64,000 bases of DNA from Hyphomonadaceae bacterium (GCA_022843225.1 JALHOC010000003.1:48290-112289), one strand, 5' to 3'; shown: positions 1-10,010, numbered from the stretch's first letter. Notes: a model not told the origin generated them from the sequence alone. Program-made: numbers and translations.

Positions 1-1
1 G

Positions 2-163
2 TTCCTGTTTCTCGAAACTGATGATTTCGATGAAACGTATGCGCGCTATGTGAAGGCGAACGTTCGCTTCATCGAAGCGCCGCGCAACGAAGTCTTTGGT
101 AAGGTCGTCGTATTCGAGGATCTCTATGGCAATCGCTGGGATCTGGTCGAGCGGCGTCAGTAA
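2..163 (+). CDS. VOC/glyoxalase family protein, 3' end (truncated by window edge)
   Basis: Frame 2 reads [53 protein letters not shown]; F-x-D-x-x-G-N-x-W-x-L is the VOC C-terminal motif. Confidence 0.8.
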   Translation, partial: FLFLETDDFDETYARYVKANVRFIEAPRNEVFGKVVVFEDLYGNRWDLVERRQ

Positions 164-891
164 TCGATACGCATCAGATATAGACCATCGGCCGGCGCAA
201 CAGGACCGCAACGCGCGCGATCCTTCGCCGCGAGCGCTGCGCCAACGTCATCGGCGGTCATCTTGCCTAGGCCAACCTCGACCAACGTTCCGAGCATTGA
301 ACGCACCTGACGATGCAGAAAGCTGCGCGCCTCGAACCAGAACAAAATTTCGCCTCCATCACGCAACACGTCGGCGCGATCGAGCGTCTTGAGCGGCGAT
401 TTCGCCTGGCAATGCGCATCGCGGAAGGTGGTGAAGTCATGATGGCCGATGAGCCGCGCCGCCCCCGCCGCCATCGCCTCGACATCGAGCGCGCGTGACA
501 CACGCCACGCCTTGCCGCGCTCCAGCGCCAACGGAGCGCGGCGATTGATGACCCGATAGAGATAGACGCGACGTAGGGCATCAAAGCGCGCGTGAAATTC
601 AGGCACGACCGCGCTTGCCTCCAACACGGAGATCGGATGCGGTCGGAGGTGCGCGTTCAAGCCATCCGCCAGCCGCTGCGGCTCGAACAGCTTCTCGATG
701 TCGACATGTGCGACCTGCCCGCGCGCATGCACGCCCGCATCGGTGCGCCCCGCCCCCATCACATCGGCGCGCACGCCGGTGAGTTTCTCGACCGCGTCTT
801 CAAGCGCGCCTTGAACGCTCGCGTGCTCCGGCAAACGCTGCCAGCCCTGAAACGGGCCGCCGTCATATTCGATCGTGAGCTTAAAGCGCAT
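157..891 (-). CDS. truA: tRNA pseudouridine(38-40) synthase
   Basis: [29 protein letters not shown] (catalytic Asp), FLHRQVRSM; ATG at 891 overlaps the upstream stop. Confidence 0.97.
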   Translation of the reverse strand: MRFKLTIEYDGGPFQGWQRLPEHASVQGALEDAVEKLTGVRADVMGAGRTDAGVHARGQVAHVDIEKLFEPQRLADGLNAHLRPHPISVLEASAVVPEFHARFDALRRVYLYRVINRRAPLALERGKAWRVSRALDVEAMAAGAARLIGHHDFTTFRDAHCQAKSPLKTLDRADVLRDGGEILFWFEARSFLHRQVRSMLGTLVEVGLGKMTADDVGAALAAKDRARCGPVAPADGLYLMRIDY

Positions 892-1460
892 TACCCGCGC
901 CGATACTCCAGCATCGTGCACGCGCGCGCATCGCCCGCGCCGGGCGCGCCGCCACTCACACCGAGCACTTTGAGCGCCGCATCGCTTGGAGCGGCGGGCT
1001 CCCATACGACGAGATACGCTGTCGCGCCCGCTCCACAGAGGCCTTGGCCGCTTTGCGGTTTGGTTTCGTTCGACACGCGATAGACCAGCACTTGCGGCTC
1101 TTCGACCGGCAAGTTCAGGAGCGCGCGCAGCGTTTGTCCTTGCACCTGCGTGGCGGGGGAAACCACGCTCGTCACCTGCGCTTCGACGATAACGCCATTG
1201 GCGCCGCGCAAGCTCAGCACTTCCTGCGCATCGGCGCCGGATTGGCTTGCATCGGGCAACCGCAGCGACGTCGACACCGTGAGATCGCCGGTGGTTGCGC
1301 GCGAGGAATCGCTCGCGGCCGCAAACGCGCGCGACGGCTCGGATTCCGGCGCTGGCGCATCGAGTTGCGCAGACGCGTTCTCAGCTTCCGTCGACGCGTT
1401 TTGCTGGCCGCACGCCGCCAAGCCCACAAGGAGCGCGGCTAAGAGCGATCTGAGTTTCAT
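891..1460 (-). CDS. Hypothetical lipoprotein
   Basis: Signal peptide with lipobox LAAC; translationally coupled to truA. Confidence 0.8.
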   Translation of the reverse strand: MKLRSLLAALLVGLAACGQQNASTEAENASAQLDAPAPESEPSRAFAAASDSSRATTGDLTVSTSLRLPDASQSGADAQEVLSLRGANGVIVEAQVTSVVSPATQVQGQTLRALLNLPVEEPQVLVYRVSNETKPQSGQGLCGAGATAYLVVWEPAAPSDAALKVLGVSGGAPGAGDARACTMLEYRRG

Positions 1461-1503
1461 AACACTTCCTTTGCTTCACGCTTACCGCCTTAAGCCGGAC
1501 GCA

Positions 1504-2430
1504 TCAAACGCAAGCCCACCCCAAACGTTGCCCGGCGGACACAGGTTGGCCCCGGAGAAACGCCTCCGCGACCATCGGCCCCCGCCCCTCTCGCTGTACA
1601 ATGAGCAAGCGCACCGCGCCCTGGCCGCAGGCGATCAGAAGCTCGTCGTCGAGCGCTTCGCCAGGCGCGCCGTCGCCCTGTCCTAGGCGCGACATCAGCA
1701 CCTTGATGCGGGCGCCGTTGAGCTCAAACCAGGCGCCGGGGTGAGGTGAAAGGCCTCGGATTGCGCAATCGACCTCGCGCGCCGGTCGCGTCCAATCGAT
1801 GCGCGTTTCCGCCGACGTAATCTTGTGCGCGTAAGTGACGCCACTTTCGCTTTGAGGCGTCTCTATTGCCTCGCCTCGCTCAACGCTCTTCAGCGCATCC
1901 ACGAGAAGCCCAGCGCCAAGCACCGCCAATCGATCATGCAAAGTCGATGAAGTGTCGTCGAAGTCGATGGGGGTTTCCGCGCTCCCGAGAACCGGGCCAG
2001 TATCGAGCCCTTCCTCCATGCGCATAACCTGGACGCCGGTGACATGATCGCCCGCCATGATCGCGCGTTGGATGGGCGCGGCGCCGCGCCAACGCGGCAG
2101 AAGCGAGCCATGGAGATTGAACGCGCCAAGGCGCGGCGCATCGAGGATCGCTTTCGGCAGAATGAGCCCGTACGCGACGACAATCGCCGCGTCGAGATCA
2201 AGCGCCGCGAACGCCGCCTGCTCATCGGTCTTCTTGAGGCTCTTCGGCGTGCGCAACGGCAAGCCGTGCGCAACGGCGAACGCGTGCACTAGCGTCATGC
2301 GCTCTTGCTTGCCACGCCCGGCCGGTCTGGGCGGTTGCGAATAGACGCAGGCGATCTCGTGCCCCGCCTCGATCAGGGCTTCCAACGCCGGCAACGCGAA
2401 GGCCGGCGAGCCCATGAAGGCGAGGCGCAT
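1504..2430 (-). CDS. fmt: Methionyl-tRNA formyltransferase
   Basis: [37 protein letters not shown]. Confidence 0.97.
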   Translation of the reverse strand: MRLAFMGSPAFALPALEALIEAGHEIACVYSQPPRPAGRGKQERMTLVHAFAVAHGLPLRTPKSLKKTDEQAAFAALDLDAAIVVAYGLILPKAILDAPRLGAFNLHGSLLPRWRGAAPIQRAIMAGDHVTGVQVMRMEEGLDTGPVLGSAETPIDFDDTSSTLHDRLAVLGAGLLVDALKSVERGEAIETPQSESGVTYAHKITSAETRIDWTRPAREVDCAIRGLSPHPGAWFELNGARIKVLMSRLGQGDGAPGEALDDELLIACGQGAVRLLIVQREGRGPMVAEAFLRGQPVSAGQRLGWACV

Positions 2431-2440
2431 CGGGGCGTGT

Positions 2441-3133
2441 TTAGTGCAAGCCCGTCTCGCGTTGCATGCCGGTCAAGAAGCCGCGCAGCGCATCGGCGAG
2501 TTCGCACGCGGCGGCGTGCGCTTCGGCGCGATCGGCTTCCGGCAACGCATCGAGCAATTCACGGCACACGTCCGCGTGCTCAAGATCGGCGACTTCGTGC
2601 ACCTCGAAGAATTTAAGCGTGGCGGGCTGGCCCGCATCATAGCGCTCGACGAGGCCCTTGATCTTGGTCTTGGCGACTGCAGGCAATTGGCTTTCGTAAG
2701 CATAAAGCGCGCCCAAGCCCGACGCATATGAGTGCCGCGCGAGACGGCGGAAGGTCTCGACCAGGCGCGTCGTTTCCGGATTGAGGCGCACCGCGCGCAC
2801 ATCGTCCTCGTCGGCGCCCATGCCAGCGGCGAAGCCAAGCCACAGGCGCGCGTGATCGTCCTTGCCCGCGCCAATACCTTCTTCCTCGGCGAGGTTCTCG
2901 GCGAGCAGCTTGCGGCCCTTCGCATCGGGGCAATTGGCGTGCACCGCGCTCACCGCGCGCGGGAAGGCTTCAACGTGATGGAAGTATTGCTTGGCGTAAG
3001 CCTTGAGCGCATCGCGCGTCAGCCGGCCCTCTTCCCAAGCCTGATAGAAGGGGTGCGTCAGCATCGCGCGCTCAGCTACGGCCGCGTCGATCGCCGCTGA
3101 CGTGCAAACAAAACCACCAAAAGCTTCGCTCAT
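2441..3133 (-). CDS. CADD/CT610-like heme-oxygenase-like dimetal oxidase (TenA/PqqC superfamily), candidate pABA synthase
   Basis: [29 protein letters not shown]....K, H..AD..H match the CADD pattern. Confidence 0.85.
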   Translation of the reverse strand: MSEAFGGFVCTSAAIDAAVAERAMLTHPFYQAWEEGRLTRDALKAYAKQYFHHVEAFPRAVSAVHANCPDAKGRKLLAENLAEEEGIGAGKDDHARLWLGFAAGMGADEDDVRAVRLNPETTRLVETFRRLARHSYASGLGALYAYESQLPAVAKTKIKGLVERYDAGQPATLKFFEVHEVADLEHADVCRELLDALPEADRAEAHAAACELADALRGFLTGMQRETGLH

Positions 3134-3222
3134 CGTTATCCCCTACCGGAAGGCAGCGCCTCACCGCGCCGCCGAATTCGCCCCGAACATAGCGTCTTCT
3201 CGCGCCCGCGAAAGGGGGGCGC

Positions 3223-4056
3223 CTAGTGCGCGGCCAGCACCGGCACGCCGGTGGCCCGGAGCACGCGGGCCGTAGCCCCGCCCAGGATCAGCTGCGACAG
3301 GCCCCGCCGCCCCAGCGCCCCCATCACAATCAGGTCGCTGCGGTGAGTGTCGGCGGCGTCGAGGATGGCCGCCGCCGCGCTGGCGTCAGGGGTGTCATGG
3401 CCTAGCACGTCAACACTCTTGGCGTGCCGGCGCAGATACTCAGCGATGTCGAGGCCAGGGGCCGAAACGATCGAGGGCATGGCTTCGCGCATCCGCCCTT
3501 GGAGCACCGCCACGCTCTCGGCGACCTCGATCAACGGCATGGCGGCATGCAAGGCGCGCGTGGCTTCGCGGCTGCCGTTCCATGCCACCAAAATGCGCGT
3601 AAACGCCGCTTCGTGACGCCCATGGCGCGGCACGATCAAAGTCGGGCGGCCGCAGTTGACCGCCGCCTCCTCCGCCGACGACCAGTTCTGATCGTCGCTT
3701 GACTCGTCGGTCTGCTCAACGACGACAAGATCGTGGAAGCGGCCATAGAGGCTGATCAGTTCGTTGGAGCGCCCTTCCGCCGCAACGAAAGCGCCGTGAA
3801 CGCCGCGCTTCAGAATCGCCGCCTCGAACCGCGCCCTCATCGCCGCCGAAGCGGCGTCGGCATCGGCTTGGACCTTGGCGATGATATCGGCGCCGCCCGC
3901 TGGCGCGCCTGTCAAAAGCTTGAGGATGGCGAGGTTCTGCTCGGCAAACAGCCCGGTCAGATAAGCGCGCGACCGCGCCGCCAGCGCGATCGCCGCATCA
4001 ATGTGGGGCGACCACTCCTCGTAGGATTTCAAATGGACCAGTATGTCGCGGTACAT
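3223..4056 (-). CDS. Universal stress protein (tandem USP domains)
   Basis: YRDILVHL, GRPTLIVP, ILVAWNGSREATRAL, DLIVMGALG..GGATARVL..GVPVL. Confidence 0.92.
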   Translation of the reverse strand: MYRDILVHLKSYEEWSPHIDAAIALAARSRAYLTGLFAEQNLAILKLLTGAPAGGADIIAKVQADADAASAAMRARFEAAILKRGVHGAFVAAEGRSNELISLYGRFHDLVVVEQTDESSDDQNWSSAEEAAVNCGRPTLIVPRHGRHEAAFTRILVAWNGSREATRALHAAMPLIEVAESVAVLQGRMREAMPSIVSAPGLDIAEYLRRHAKSVDVLGHDTPDASAAAAILDAADTHRSDLIVMGALGRRGLSQLILGGATARVLRATGVPVLAAH

Positions 4057-4133
4057 CGGGCGTCTCCCATGAATTCGCCGCGATCATGCCGCCTGCGCTG
4101 GGAAACACGAATGCGATCGATCAATTCCTGGGA

Positions 4134-4655
4134 TTAAGCCAGCGCGGCTTCCTTGCGCGCCTTCTTTAGCTTGCGCAGGGCGTTCTCGCGCTTCAGCCGC
4201 GAGAGATGGTCGATGAATAGCACGCCTTCCAGATGGTCCATCTCGTGCTGGATGCAGACCGCGAACAGGCCCTCGGCGTCCTCTTCGATCTCTGCGCCAT
4301 GATAGTTCAGATAGCGCAGTTTCACGCGCGCGGGCCGCTCTATCTCGTCATAGATTTCCGGAACCGAGAGACAGCCCTCCTCGTAAGGCGCGGTCTCCTC
4401 GGAAGCCCAGAGGATTTCGGGGTTCACGAAATAGCGCGGGGCCTTGTCCTCGCCGTCGCGAGAAATATCCATCACGATGATCCGCAGCGGCTCGCCGATC
4501 TGGATGGCCGCGAGCCCAATGCCGGGTGCCGCGTACATCGTCTCCAGCATGTCATCCATGAGCGCGCGGTGCGCATCCGTCACCCCGCCCTCGACGGGCT
4601 TGGATTTCTGCTTCAGACGGATGTCCGGCGCGGTCAGGATATCGCGGATAGCCAT
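4134..4655 (-). CDS. def: Peptide deformylase
   Basis: [22 protein letters not shown]. Confidence 0.98.
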   Translation of the reverse strand: MAIRDILTAPDIRLKQKSKPVEGGVTDAHRALMDDMLETMYAAPGIGLAAIQIGEPLRIIVMDISRDGEDKAPRYFVNPEILWASEETAPYEEGCLSVPEIYDEIERPARVKLRYLNYHGAEIEEDAEGLFAVCIQHEMDHLEGVLFIDHLSRLKRENALRKLKKARKEAALA

Positions 4656-4704
4656 ACGCTTTCAGGTATTGAGCGGCGGGGCGAGCGTCAAGGAACAGGG
4701 GTGG

Positions 4705-5217
4705 ATGGCAGCCATGAACGCACGGATTTTGTTCAAGCTTTCCGGCGGCGCGGCGCTGATGGGCGGGCTCATGCGGATGGTGTCGGCCACGCCCTTGCCG
4801 CTCGCCGCCGCCGAGCAAGAGGCGCTATGGACAACCACCGACGTCTTCCTCAGCCTCGGCTTGATCGGGATTTACCTCGCCCGAGCGGAGAAACTTGGGC
4901 TGCTGGGGCTCGCGGGTTTTGCACTCTCGATGGCCGCGCTCTCCTTCATCGGTGGGCCGGACGCGGACGTTTTTGGTTTCTCCACCTATGAGCAAGGCGC
5001 CGCAGCGTTGGCGATTTCGCTTGTCGGCCTTTCCCTCGCCTGGCTGCGCGCAGGCGAGCGCCCTTGGGGGCCGCCGCTTTTGTGGTTTGGGTCCGTGATC
5101 GCCGCCGGAGTGCTCGGCATGTTGCCCGCGCCCCTGCCCGAGTACGGCTTCGCGGCGGCGGGCGCGCTGTTCGGCGCGGCGTTCGCCTGGGCGGGCATCG
5201 ACCTCATCCGCCGCTGA
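4705..5217 (+). CDS. Hypothetical integral membrane protein (about 5-6 TM)
   Basis: Hydrophobic ORF after purine-rich SD; start 4705 or 4714. Confidence 0.7.
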   Translation: MAAMNARILFKLSGGAALMGGLMRMVSATPLPLAAAEQEALWTTTDVFLSLGLIGIYLARAEKLGLLGLAGFALSMAALSFIGGPDADVFGFSTYEQGAAALAISLVGLSLAWLRAGERPWGPPLLWFGSVIAAGVLGMLPAPLPEYGFAAAGALFGAAFAWAGIDLIRR

Positions 5218-5260
5218 GCCCTTGCGGGCGGCCGCGCAAGCGGCGATATGAGCGCCGCAG

Positions 5261-5349
5261 GCAGGCGGCGGACGGTCGCCCCGCCAACCCGGTCAGATCC
5301 GGAAGGAAGCAGCCGTAACGGGTTGCGTACGGGTCGCCGTTCTGTCTGC
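5261..5349 (+). ncRNA. ffs: SRP RNA (4.5S, small bacterial type)
   Basis: CCAACCCGGTCAGATCCGGAAGGAAGCAGCCGTAACG core with GGAA tetraloop; ends GCAGGCGG/CTGTCTGC pair; lies upstream of dnaX as usual. Confidence 0.92.
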
Positions 5350-5351
5350 AC

Positions 5352-6779
5352 TCACGCTGCGGCTTGATCTTCCAGATCCAGATCGACGGCGCGCTCGGGC
5401 AGGATCAGCGTAAAGCGCGAGCCTTTGCCGAGTTCGCTCTCAACGGTGACGTCGCCGCCCATCAGCCGCGCGAAGCGGCGTGTGATCGACAGCCCCAACC
5501 CGGTGCCGCCATACGCGCGCGTGATCGATGCGTCCGCTTGCGCGAACGGTTGAAACAACCGCGTCAGCGTTTCGGCGCTGATGCCGATGCCGGTGTCGCG
5601 CACGTCAAACGCAAGGGCCGGCGCGTTGTCCCAGGTCGTCCGGCGCACATGAAAAACGATACGTCCGTTGTGCGTGAACTTCGCAGCGTTCGACGCCAGG
5701 TTCATCAAGCATTGCTTCACGCGCAACGGGTCAGCGGAAAAATGCTCGGCGCCGGGTTCTATCAGAAGATCGCACGCCGTGCCGTTTTCCGCCGCCATCG
5801 GCGTGACCGTTTCTATGACGGAGGTCGCCAATTCGCGCGCATCGATCGCCTCGGGACGCAAGACGACCTTTTCGGCTTCGACTTTCGACAAATCCAGAAC
5901 ATCGGCGATCAGTCCCAAGAGATGTATCGCCGATGAACGAACGCGTGCCGCGTGTTGGCCGCATTCCGACACATCGCCTGCTTCGACATCCTCCTGAATG
6001 ATCTCGGAATAACCGATCACGGCGTTGAGCGGCGTGCGCAATTCGTGGCTCATGTTCGCCAAGAACAGGGATTTGGCCTTGTTCGCCGCTTCCGCTGTGC
6101 GTAGCGCTTCCATGGTTTCCGCGGTACGCTCCACGACACGCCGTTCAAGTAAAAGCGCCGCGCTTTCAGCCTCCAGCCGCGCGGCGACCGTGTCAGCGAA
6201 CACCTTTGCGCCAGCACGCGCCATCACGATAGCGTTCACAAGGGTGAGCACTGCCAGCACCCCAATGCCCAGTGCGCCGCCAAAAGACGCGCCAACGACC
6301 CCCGCGCTGGCGACAAGCGCGATCGCCATTGGCGGCAGCGTGTAAAAGATCATCGTCTTGGTCATGACGTGCTGACTTGTCATGATCACGATAGCGCCCG
6401 CAGCGAACAGCAGCGCCACCAGCGGGCCAGGATTCGGTGCAAACACCAGCGCCAGATAGGGTGCCGCGTACGCTGTCACGACCGCTACAATACGCAACAC
6501 CAACTGAGTTTGAACGCGCTTTAAGGCGTCAAGGGGCAGTTGATCGAGTTGTCCATCCACACGCCGCAACCAGTTTACCGCCCAGACATCAATCGCGACG
6601 GCCAAGGCAGCACATGCCAGACCGAATATCCCCCACCAGCCGGGCACAAGAAACAGGGTCACGAGCGGGATCATTGCCGCCGACGCGTACCGCGTCGCGC
6701 CGTGGCGTTGCCACGCAATCTCGTGAAACCGGCGGATCGCCAGCACGCGGCCCCTGGTTTCGTTCGCGACTGCGTCCAT
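5352..6779 (-). CDS. Membrane-bound sensor histidine kinase (HisKA plus HATPase_c, no receiver)
   Basis: FLANMSHELRTPLNAVIGYSE, NLASNAAKFT, DTGIG, GGTGLGL; N-terminal TM helices; ATG 6779 with SD GGGGAAGG. Confidence 0.93.
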   Translation of the reverse strand: MDAVANETRGRVLAIRRFHEIAWQRHGATRYASAAMIPLVTLFLVPGWWGIFGLACAALAVAIDVWAVNWLRRVDGQLDQLPLDALKRVQTQLVLRIVAVVTAYAAPYLALVFAPNPGPLVALLFAAGAIVIMTSQHVMTKTMIFYTLPPMAIALVASAGVVGASFGGALGIGVLAVLTLVNAIVMARAGAKVFADTVAARLEAESAALLLERRVVERTAETMEALRTAEAANKAKSLFLANMSHELRTPLNAVIGYSEIIQEDVEAGDVSECGQHAARVRSSAIHLLGLIADVLDLSKVEAEKVVLRPEAIDARELATSVIETVTPMAAENGTACDLLIEPGAEHFSADPLRVKQCLMNLASNAAKFTHNGRIVFHVRRTTWDNAPALAFDVRDTGIGISAETLTRLFQPFAQADASITRAYGGTGLGLSITRRFARLMGGDVTVESELGKGSRFTLILPERAVDLDLEDQAAA

Positions 6780-6881
6780 ATGGGCACCTTCCCCGTATGT
6801 ACCCTTTTTGCCGCACCCAACATTAATGTTCTGCTTCCAGGAACCTCGCCCAAGGCCGATCAAAGGTCTAAATGACCTTCG

Positions 6882-8624
6882 ATGAGCGATGACTCGGTCC
6901 CTGGCCTGTTTGCCGACGCACCTGCTGGAGGCGGCTACCTGGTGCTTGCCCGCAAGTACCGGCCAAGGACGTTTGCTGACCTGATCGGTCAGGAAGCCAT
7001 GGTGCGCACGATCGCCAACTCTTTCGCGCTCAATCGGATCGCACACGCAACTATGCTGACCGGGGTCCGTGGGGTAGGCAAGACAACCACCGCGCGGCTC
7101 TTGGCGCGGGCGCTGAACTACCGCCGCGGCGACGTCGATGCGCCAACCATCGACCTCGATCCCCCGGGCGAGCATTGCCAAGCGATCATGGAAAGCCGCC
7201 ATCCCGACGTGTTCGAGATGGATGCGGCCTCGCGCACCGGCATCAACGACATTCGCGAAATCCTGGACTCGGTCCGCTACGCGCCGGTGATGGCGCGCTA
7301 CAAGCTTTACATCATCGATGAAGTCCACATGCTCTCGACGCAGGCCTTCAATGGTCTGCTGAAAACGCTCGAAGAGCCGCCGCCGCATGTGAAGTTCATT
7401 TTCGCCACCACCGAAATTCGCAAAGTGCCGGTGACCGTGCTGTCGCGGTGCCAACGCTTTGATTTGAAGCGCATCGATAGCGAACGGCTGGCCGAGCATC
7501 TCGCGAACATTTGCGCGAAGGAAGGCGTGAAGGTCGATGCCGATGCTTTGGCCTTGATCGCACGCGCGGCGGAGGGTTCGGCGCGCGACGGGCTCTCGCT
7601 GCTGGATCAAGCGCTTGTACAAAAGCCCGGCGCCAGCGTTGGCGCCGCCGATGTGCGTGACATGCTGGGCTTGGCCGATCGCGCGCGCGTGCTCGACCTG
7701 TTCGACGCTATCGCCAAGGGCGACGCGAAGACGGCGCTCACCGAAGCACGTTCCCAATACGACAGCGGCGCCGATCCTGCGCTGATCCTGCGCGATCTGC
7801 TCGACATCGGCCACGAAACCGCGCGCGCGCAGGCGCTGGGCGCGGACGCGCGGCTGCTTGGCGGCGCGGACTGGATCGCGCGCGTGCGGGGCTTGGCGTC
7901 GAGCGTCTCCCCCGCGCAGCTCTCCCGGCTCTGGCAGATGCTGCTGAAAGCGCTCGATGAAGCTGGCAAAGCCCCGGACCCCATCGCGGCGCTGGAGATG
8001 GCCCTCGTGCGCCTGTGCGCGGCACAGAATCTGCCCCCGCCTGAGGACGCCGCGCGGTTGCTCAAAGATGGATCGCCAGCGTCCAGCCCGCAACCACACC
8101 AAGAAACCCGGCAGGATGCTGGCGGCCCCAGAGCTGAGCAGGCGCCGGTCAGCGCCCCGGATGCAGGCGCCCCTTCTTTCGGCAACTTCGAGGATGTGAT
8201 CCGCGCCGTCGCTGAGGAACGCGACATCGAATTGGAACTGGCGCTCGATCGCTTGAAGGTGACGCGCTTCTCGGCCGAGGGCGAGATCGTGTTCATCGCC
8301 AATCCCGCGCAACCGCGCGATCTCGTGCGTCGCCTGAAAGCATTCCTCGAAGAGCGCACGCCATTTGAATGGCGCATCCGCTCAACGGAAGAATCCACCG
8401 CGCCGGTGGAAAGCCTCGAAGAGCGTCGCAAACGCGAACGTGAGCGCGAAATGGAAGAGCTCAAGCGCCAGCCCTTCGTCGCCGAAGCGCTGAAGGCGTT
8501 TCCCGATGCGCAGATCACCGCCGTGCGCGCGCCTGTTGAAGACCCGCGCGGCGATGTCGTGCCGATGCCGCAAGCAGCGAAGCCTACACCGGCGCCAGGA
8601 CGCAAGAAAGAAGCGGACCGATGA
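6882..8624 (+). CDS. dnaX: DNA polymerase III subunit gamma/tau
   Basis: LARKYRP, GVRGVGKTT, DEVHMLS, TVLSRCQRF. Confidence 0.97.
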   Translation: MSDDSVPGLFADAPAGGGYLVLARKYRPRTFADLIGQEAMVRTIANSFALNRIAHATMLTGVRGVGKTTTARLLARALNYRRGDVDAPTIDLDPPGEHCQAIMESRHPDVFEMDAASRTGINDIREILDSVRYAPVMARYKLYIIDEVHMLSTQAFNGLLKTLEEPPPHVKFIFATTEIRKVPVTVLSRCQRFDLKRIDSERLAEHLANICAKEGVKVDADALALIARAAEGSARDGLSLLDQALVQKPGASVGAADVRDMLGLADRARVLDLFDAIAKGDAKTALTEARSQYDSGADPALILRDLLDIGHETARAQALGADARLLGGADWIARVRGLASSVSPAQLSRLWQMLLKALDEAGKAPDPIAALEMALVRLCAAQNLPPPEDAARLLKDGSPASSPQPHQETRQDAGGPRAEQAPVSAPDAGAPSFGNFEDVIRAVAEERDIELELALDRLKVTRFSAEGEIVFIANPAQPRDLVRRLKAFLEERTPFEWRIRSTEESTAPVESLEERRKREREREMEELKRQPFVAEALKAFPDAQITAVRAPVEDPRGDVVPMPQAAKPTPAPGRKKEADR

Positions 8625-8938
8625 AAGACATCTCCCAGATCATGCGCCAAGCGCAGCAGATGCAGGCGAAAATCACCGAGGCGCAGAAGAAACTCGAGGC
8701 CATGGTGGTCGAGGGCAGCGCGGGCGGCGGCGCGGTAAAAATCACCCTCAGCGGCAAGAACGCGCTCGTCGCCATTCAGATCGATCCCTCCGCTGCGGGC
8801 GACGCCGAAATGCTTGAGGACCTGATCAAAGCCGCCCATGACGATGCGCGCAAGAAACTCGACGATGCGCAGAACGATGAGATGAAGGGTCTAGGCGGCG
8901 GCTTAGGCATTCTGCCCGGCTTCAAGATGCCGTTTTAA
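8621..8938 (+). CDS. ybaB: YbaB/EbfC nucleoid-associated protein
   Basis: MRQAQQMQ, VEGSAGGGAV, EDLIKAA; follows dnaX. Confidence 0.95.
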   Translation: MKDISQIMRQAQQMQAKITEAQKKLEAMVVEGSAGGGAVKITLSGKNALVAIQIDPSAAGDAEMLEDLIKAAHDDARKKLDDAQNDEMKGLGGGLGILPGFKMPF

Positions 8939-8942
8939 TCAC

Positions 8943-9398
8943 ATGAACCGTTATCTCGCTCTCGCACTCCTGATTCTTCTCGTCAGCGGCGGCGGGCTAG
9001 CCATTGGCTATTTGACCGCGCCCGGCGACTGGTATGCAGCGCTGGAGAAACCATTCTTCAATCCGCCGGGCTGGGTGTTTGGCCCGGCCTGGACGACGCT
9101 CTACGTGCTTATAGCCGTCGCGGGCTGGCGCATCCTGCAAGCGCATGCGGGAAGCGTTACCATGAAGCTCTGGTGGGCGCAGCTCGCGCTCAACTTCGCT
9201 TGGTCACCAGCCTTCTTCGCGCTGCAACAGATCGGCTTGGGGCTCGTCATCATCCTCATGCTGTTAGCGACCATCCTCGCGTTCATCGCCACGGCCTGGC
9301 GACGCGACAAGCTGGCCGCATGGCTGTTCGTACCTTACGCCGCCTGGGTTGCCTTCGCGTCGACGCTGAACGGAGCGATCCTGGTTCTTAACGCATAG
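8943..9398 (+). CDS. tspO: TspO/MBR tryptophan-rich sensory protein
   Basis: WYAALEKPFFNPPGWVFGPAWT, QLALNFAWSPAFF, VPYAAWVAFA. Confidence 0.93.
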   Translation: MNRYLALALLILLVSGGGLAIGYLTAPGDWYAALEKPFFNPPGWVFGPAWTTLYVLIAVAGWRILQAHAGSVTMKLWWAQLALNFAWSPAFFALQQIGLGLVIILMLLATILAFIATAWRRDKLAAWLFVPYAAWVAFASTLNGAILVLNA

Positions 9399-10010
9399 AT
9401 GCGCTCCAAATCCGCCACCGCCGCGCCCGAGATCGAGGCGCTTATTTCGTTGCTGGCGAAAGTCCCCGGCCTGGGACCGCGCTCGGCACGGCGGGCGGCG
9501 TTGCAGCTTCTGAAGAAGAAAGACGCGCTCATGCTTCCGCTCGCGGGCGCGCTGAGTGAAGCCGCGGAGAAAGTACGCGCGTGCTCAAATTGCGGCGCGC
9601 TCGATACTCAAGACCCGTGCATGTTGTGCGCCAATCCTGAGCGTGACGACGGCCTCATCTGCGTCGTCGCAGAGGTGGGCGATGTATGGGCGCTCGAACG
9701 CGCGGGAGCGTTCAGGGGGCGCTATCATGTGCTGGGCGGCGTGCTCTCTGCCCTCGATGGCGTGCGGCCGGAAGATTTACGCATTCCCAAACTGATTGAG
9801 CGCGCCTCAGCGCCCGGCGTGCGCGAAGTGATCCTTGCGCTCGCCGCGACGGTCGATGGGCAGACCACAGCGCATTATCTGGCCGAGCGGCTCTCCTCGC
9901 TGGGCCTCACAATCAGCCGGCTCTCGCATGGCGTTCCCGTGGGCGGCGAGCTTGATCTCTTGGACGACGGCACTTTGTTCGCCGCGCTACAAAGCCGGCG
10001 TTCAACCTAG
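9399..10010 (+). CDS. recR: Recombination mediator RecR
   Basis: [12 protein letters not shown]4 zinc finger CSNC..CMLC, TOPRIM domain, [10 protein letters not shown]. Confidence 0.97.
   Translation: MRSKSATAAPEIEALISLLAKVPGLGPRSARRAALQLLKKKDALMLPLAGALSEAAEKVRACSNCGALDTQDPCMLCANPERDDGLICVVAEVGDVWALERAGAFRGRYHVLGGVLSALDGVRPEDLRIPKLIERASAPGVREVILALAATVDGQTTAHYLAERLSSLGLTISRLSHGVPVGGELDLLDDGTLFAALQSRRST

Noticed and set aside
4110-4125. FixK/FNR box upstream of the USP gene
   Set aside because: Only one good half-site (TTGAT); the other half matches 2 of 5
5340-6880. ffs used as an integration site for the kinase gene
   Set aside because: No duplicated ffs 3' end beyond a 6-nt match (GTTCTG) and no integrase
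5352-8312. 986-aa minus-strand ORF
   Set aside because: Only 5352-6779 is the kinase; the rest is the stop-free antisense shadow of dnaX, typical of high-GC codon bias
6882-8624. Programmed -1 frameshift site for DnaX gamma
   Set aside because: No A-AAA-AAG slippery heptamer or long A-run seen
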